Positions 5,452-5,701 of a stretch of DNA of 5,701 bases are shown here, in pieces (the first letter of the stretch is position 1; each line of letters starts with the position of its first letter). Origin of the DNA: a virus; IMG/VR virus record IMGVR_UViG_3300045988_014663, positions 1-5,701 of that record. One strand, 5' to 3'. Made by a program: the position numbers and the translations under genes. The notes under the pieces were generated by a model. That model was not told the DNA's origin. It saw nothing but the letters and a program-made list of their open reading frames with translations, and did not search any database.

Positions 5452-5493
5452 TCAAGTTTTCCACATTCTCTATTTTTTGGATTATTGTTACTG

Positions 5494-5520
5494 AAAAAGG
5501 GGGATGTTTTACCATCCCCC
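5494..5520 (-). terminator. Rho-independent terminator after VP2
   Basis: On the coding strand GGGGGATG-GTAAAA-CATCCCCC forms an 8-bp stem (5520..5513 with 5506..5499). It is followed by TTTTT (5498..5494) and begins 8 nt after the VP2 stop. Confidence 0.7.
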
Positions 5521-5528
5521 TTCCTTTC

Positions 5529-5701
5529 TTAGTCTCCTGTGTATGGTTCTCCATGTTTGAACCCATCAATCAGTTTGCGCCTTCTTGCTGTCTTGTTGAT
5601 AGTATCTTCGACTACTTTGTCAATGCCTTCTTTGGTTGCTTTACCAGCCTTTTCTACTGCGTCTTTGGCTTTTTCTCCCGCTTTCGCAAGGCCTGAACCT
5701 A
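5529..5701 (-). CDS. VP2: VP2 C-terminal portion; 5647..5701 duplicates 1..55, so the unique part is 5529..5646
   Basis: The frame from 1..755 continues as ...VEKAGKATKEGIDKVVEDTINKTARRRKLIDGFKHGEPYTGD and ends at TAA 5531..5529. Confidence 0.85.
   Translation of the reverse strand, partial: GSGLAKAGEKAKDAVEKAGKATKEGIDKVVEDTINKTARRRKLIDGFKHGEPYTGD
5647..5701. repeat. Terminal direct repeat, copy 2 of 2, identical to 1..55
   Basis: 55/55 identity to the window start. Confidence 0.97.

Noticed and set aside
5327-5569. An 80-aa minus-strand ORF (MMGSNMENHTQETKKGRGMVKHPPF...QQVFNKVFNRQKSNK) spanning the VP2 3' end, the terminator and the iterons
   Set aside because: It starts inside VP2 in another frame and reads straight through the terminator hairpin. 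Its internal QQVFN/KVFN repeats are just the iterons translated. I saw no SD. It is most likely an open frame created by the repeat composition. Conservation of the frame in relatives would reopen the question.
1-5701. tRNA, rRNA, transposase/IS elements, integrase, toxin-antitoxin or defence-system genes
   Set aside because: No cloverleaf-like or rRNA-like segments stood out. Every substantial ORF is accounted for by phage core or accessory functions, and there is no coding room left on the 5646-nt circle.

Overview
The window appears to be one complete circular ssDNA Microviridae genome, gokushovirus-like, given as the complement of the coding strand. Bases 1..55 are identical to 5647..5701, which looks like an assembler overlap, so the unit genome is 5646 nt. 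All credible genes lie on the minus strand. In viral order they are: VP4 rolling-circle Rep, M15 zinc peptidase, a 71-aa ORFan, a 38-aa basic J/VP8-like protein, a 38-aa helical ORF, VP5-like protein, VP3 scaffold, VP1 major capsid, and VP2 pilot protein. VP2 crosses the window junction, so it is missing from the ORF track, as are both 38-aa ORFs. The one large non-coding region (5206..5528) holds nine same-orientation GTTGAA(A/T) iterons around a small hairpin, a (TAG)5 tract, a strong intrinsic terminator, and an 11-bp hairpin over the Rep start. Points worth follow-up: a cell-wall peptidase cassette with its own promoter and no holin, a sharp GC step splitting the genome into two modules, the iteron array as a candidate origin, and two structure-coupled translation starts. 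I ran no database searches. All homology calls come from motifs I recognised in the translations.
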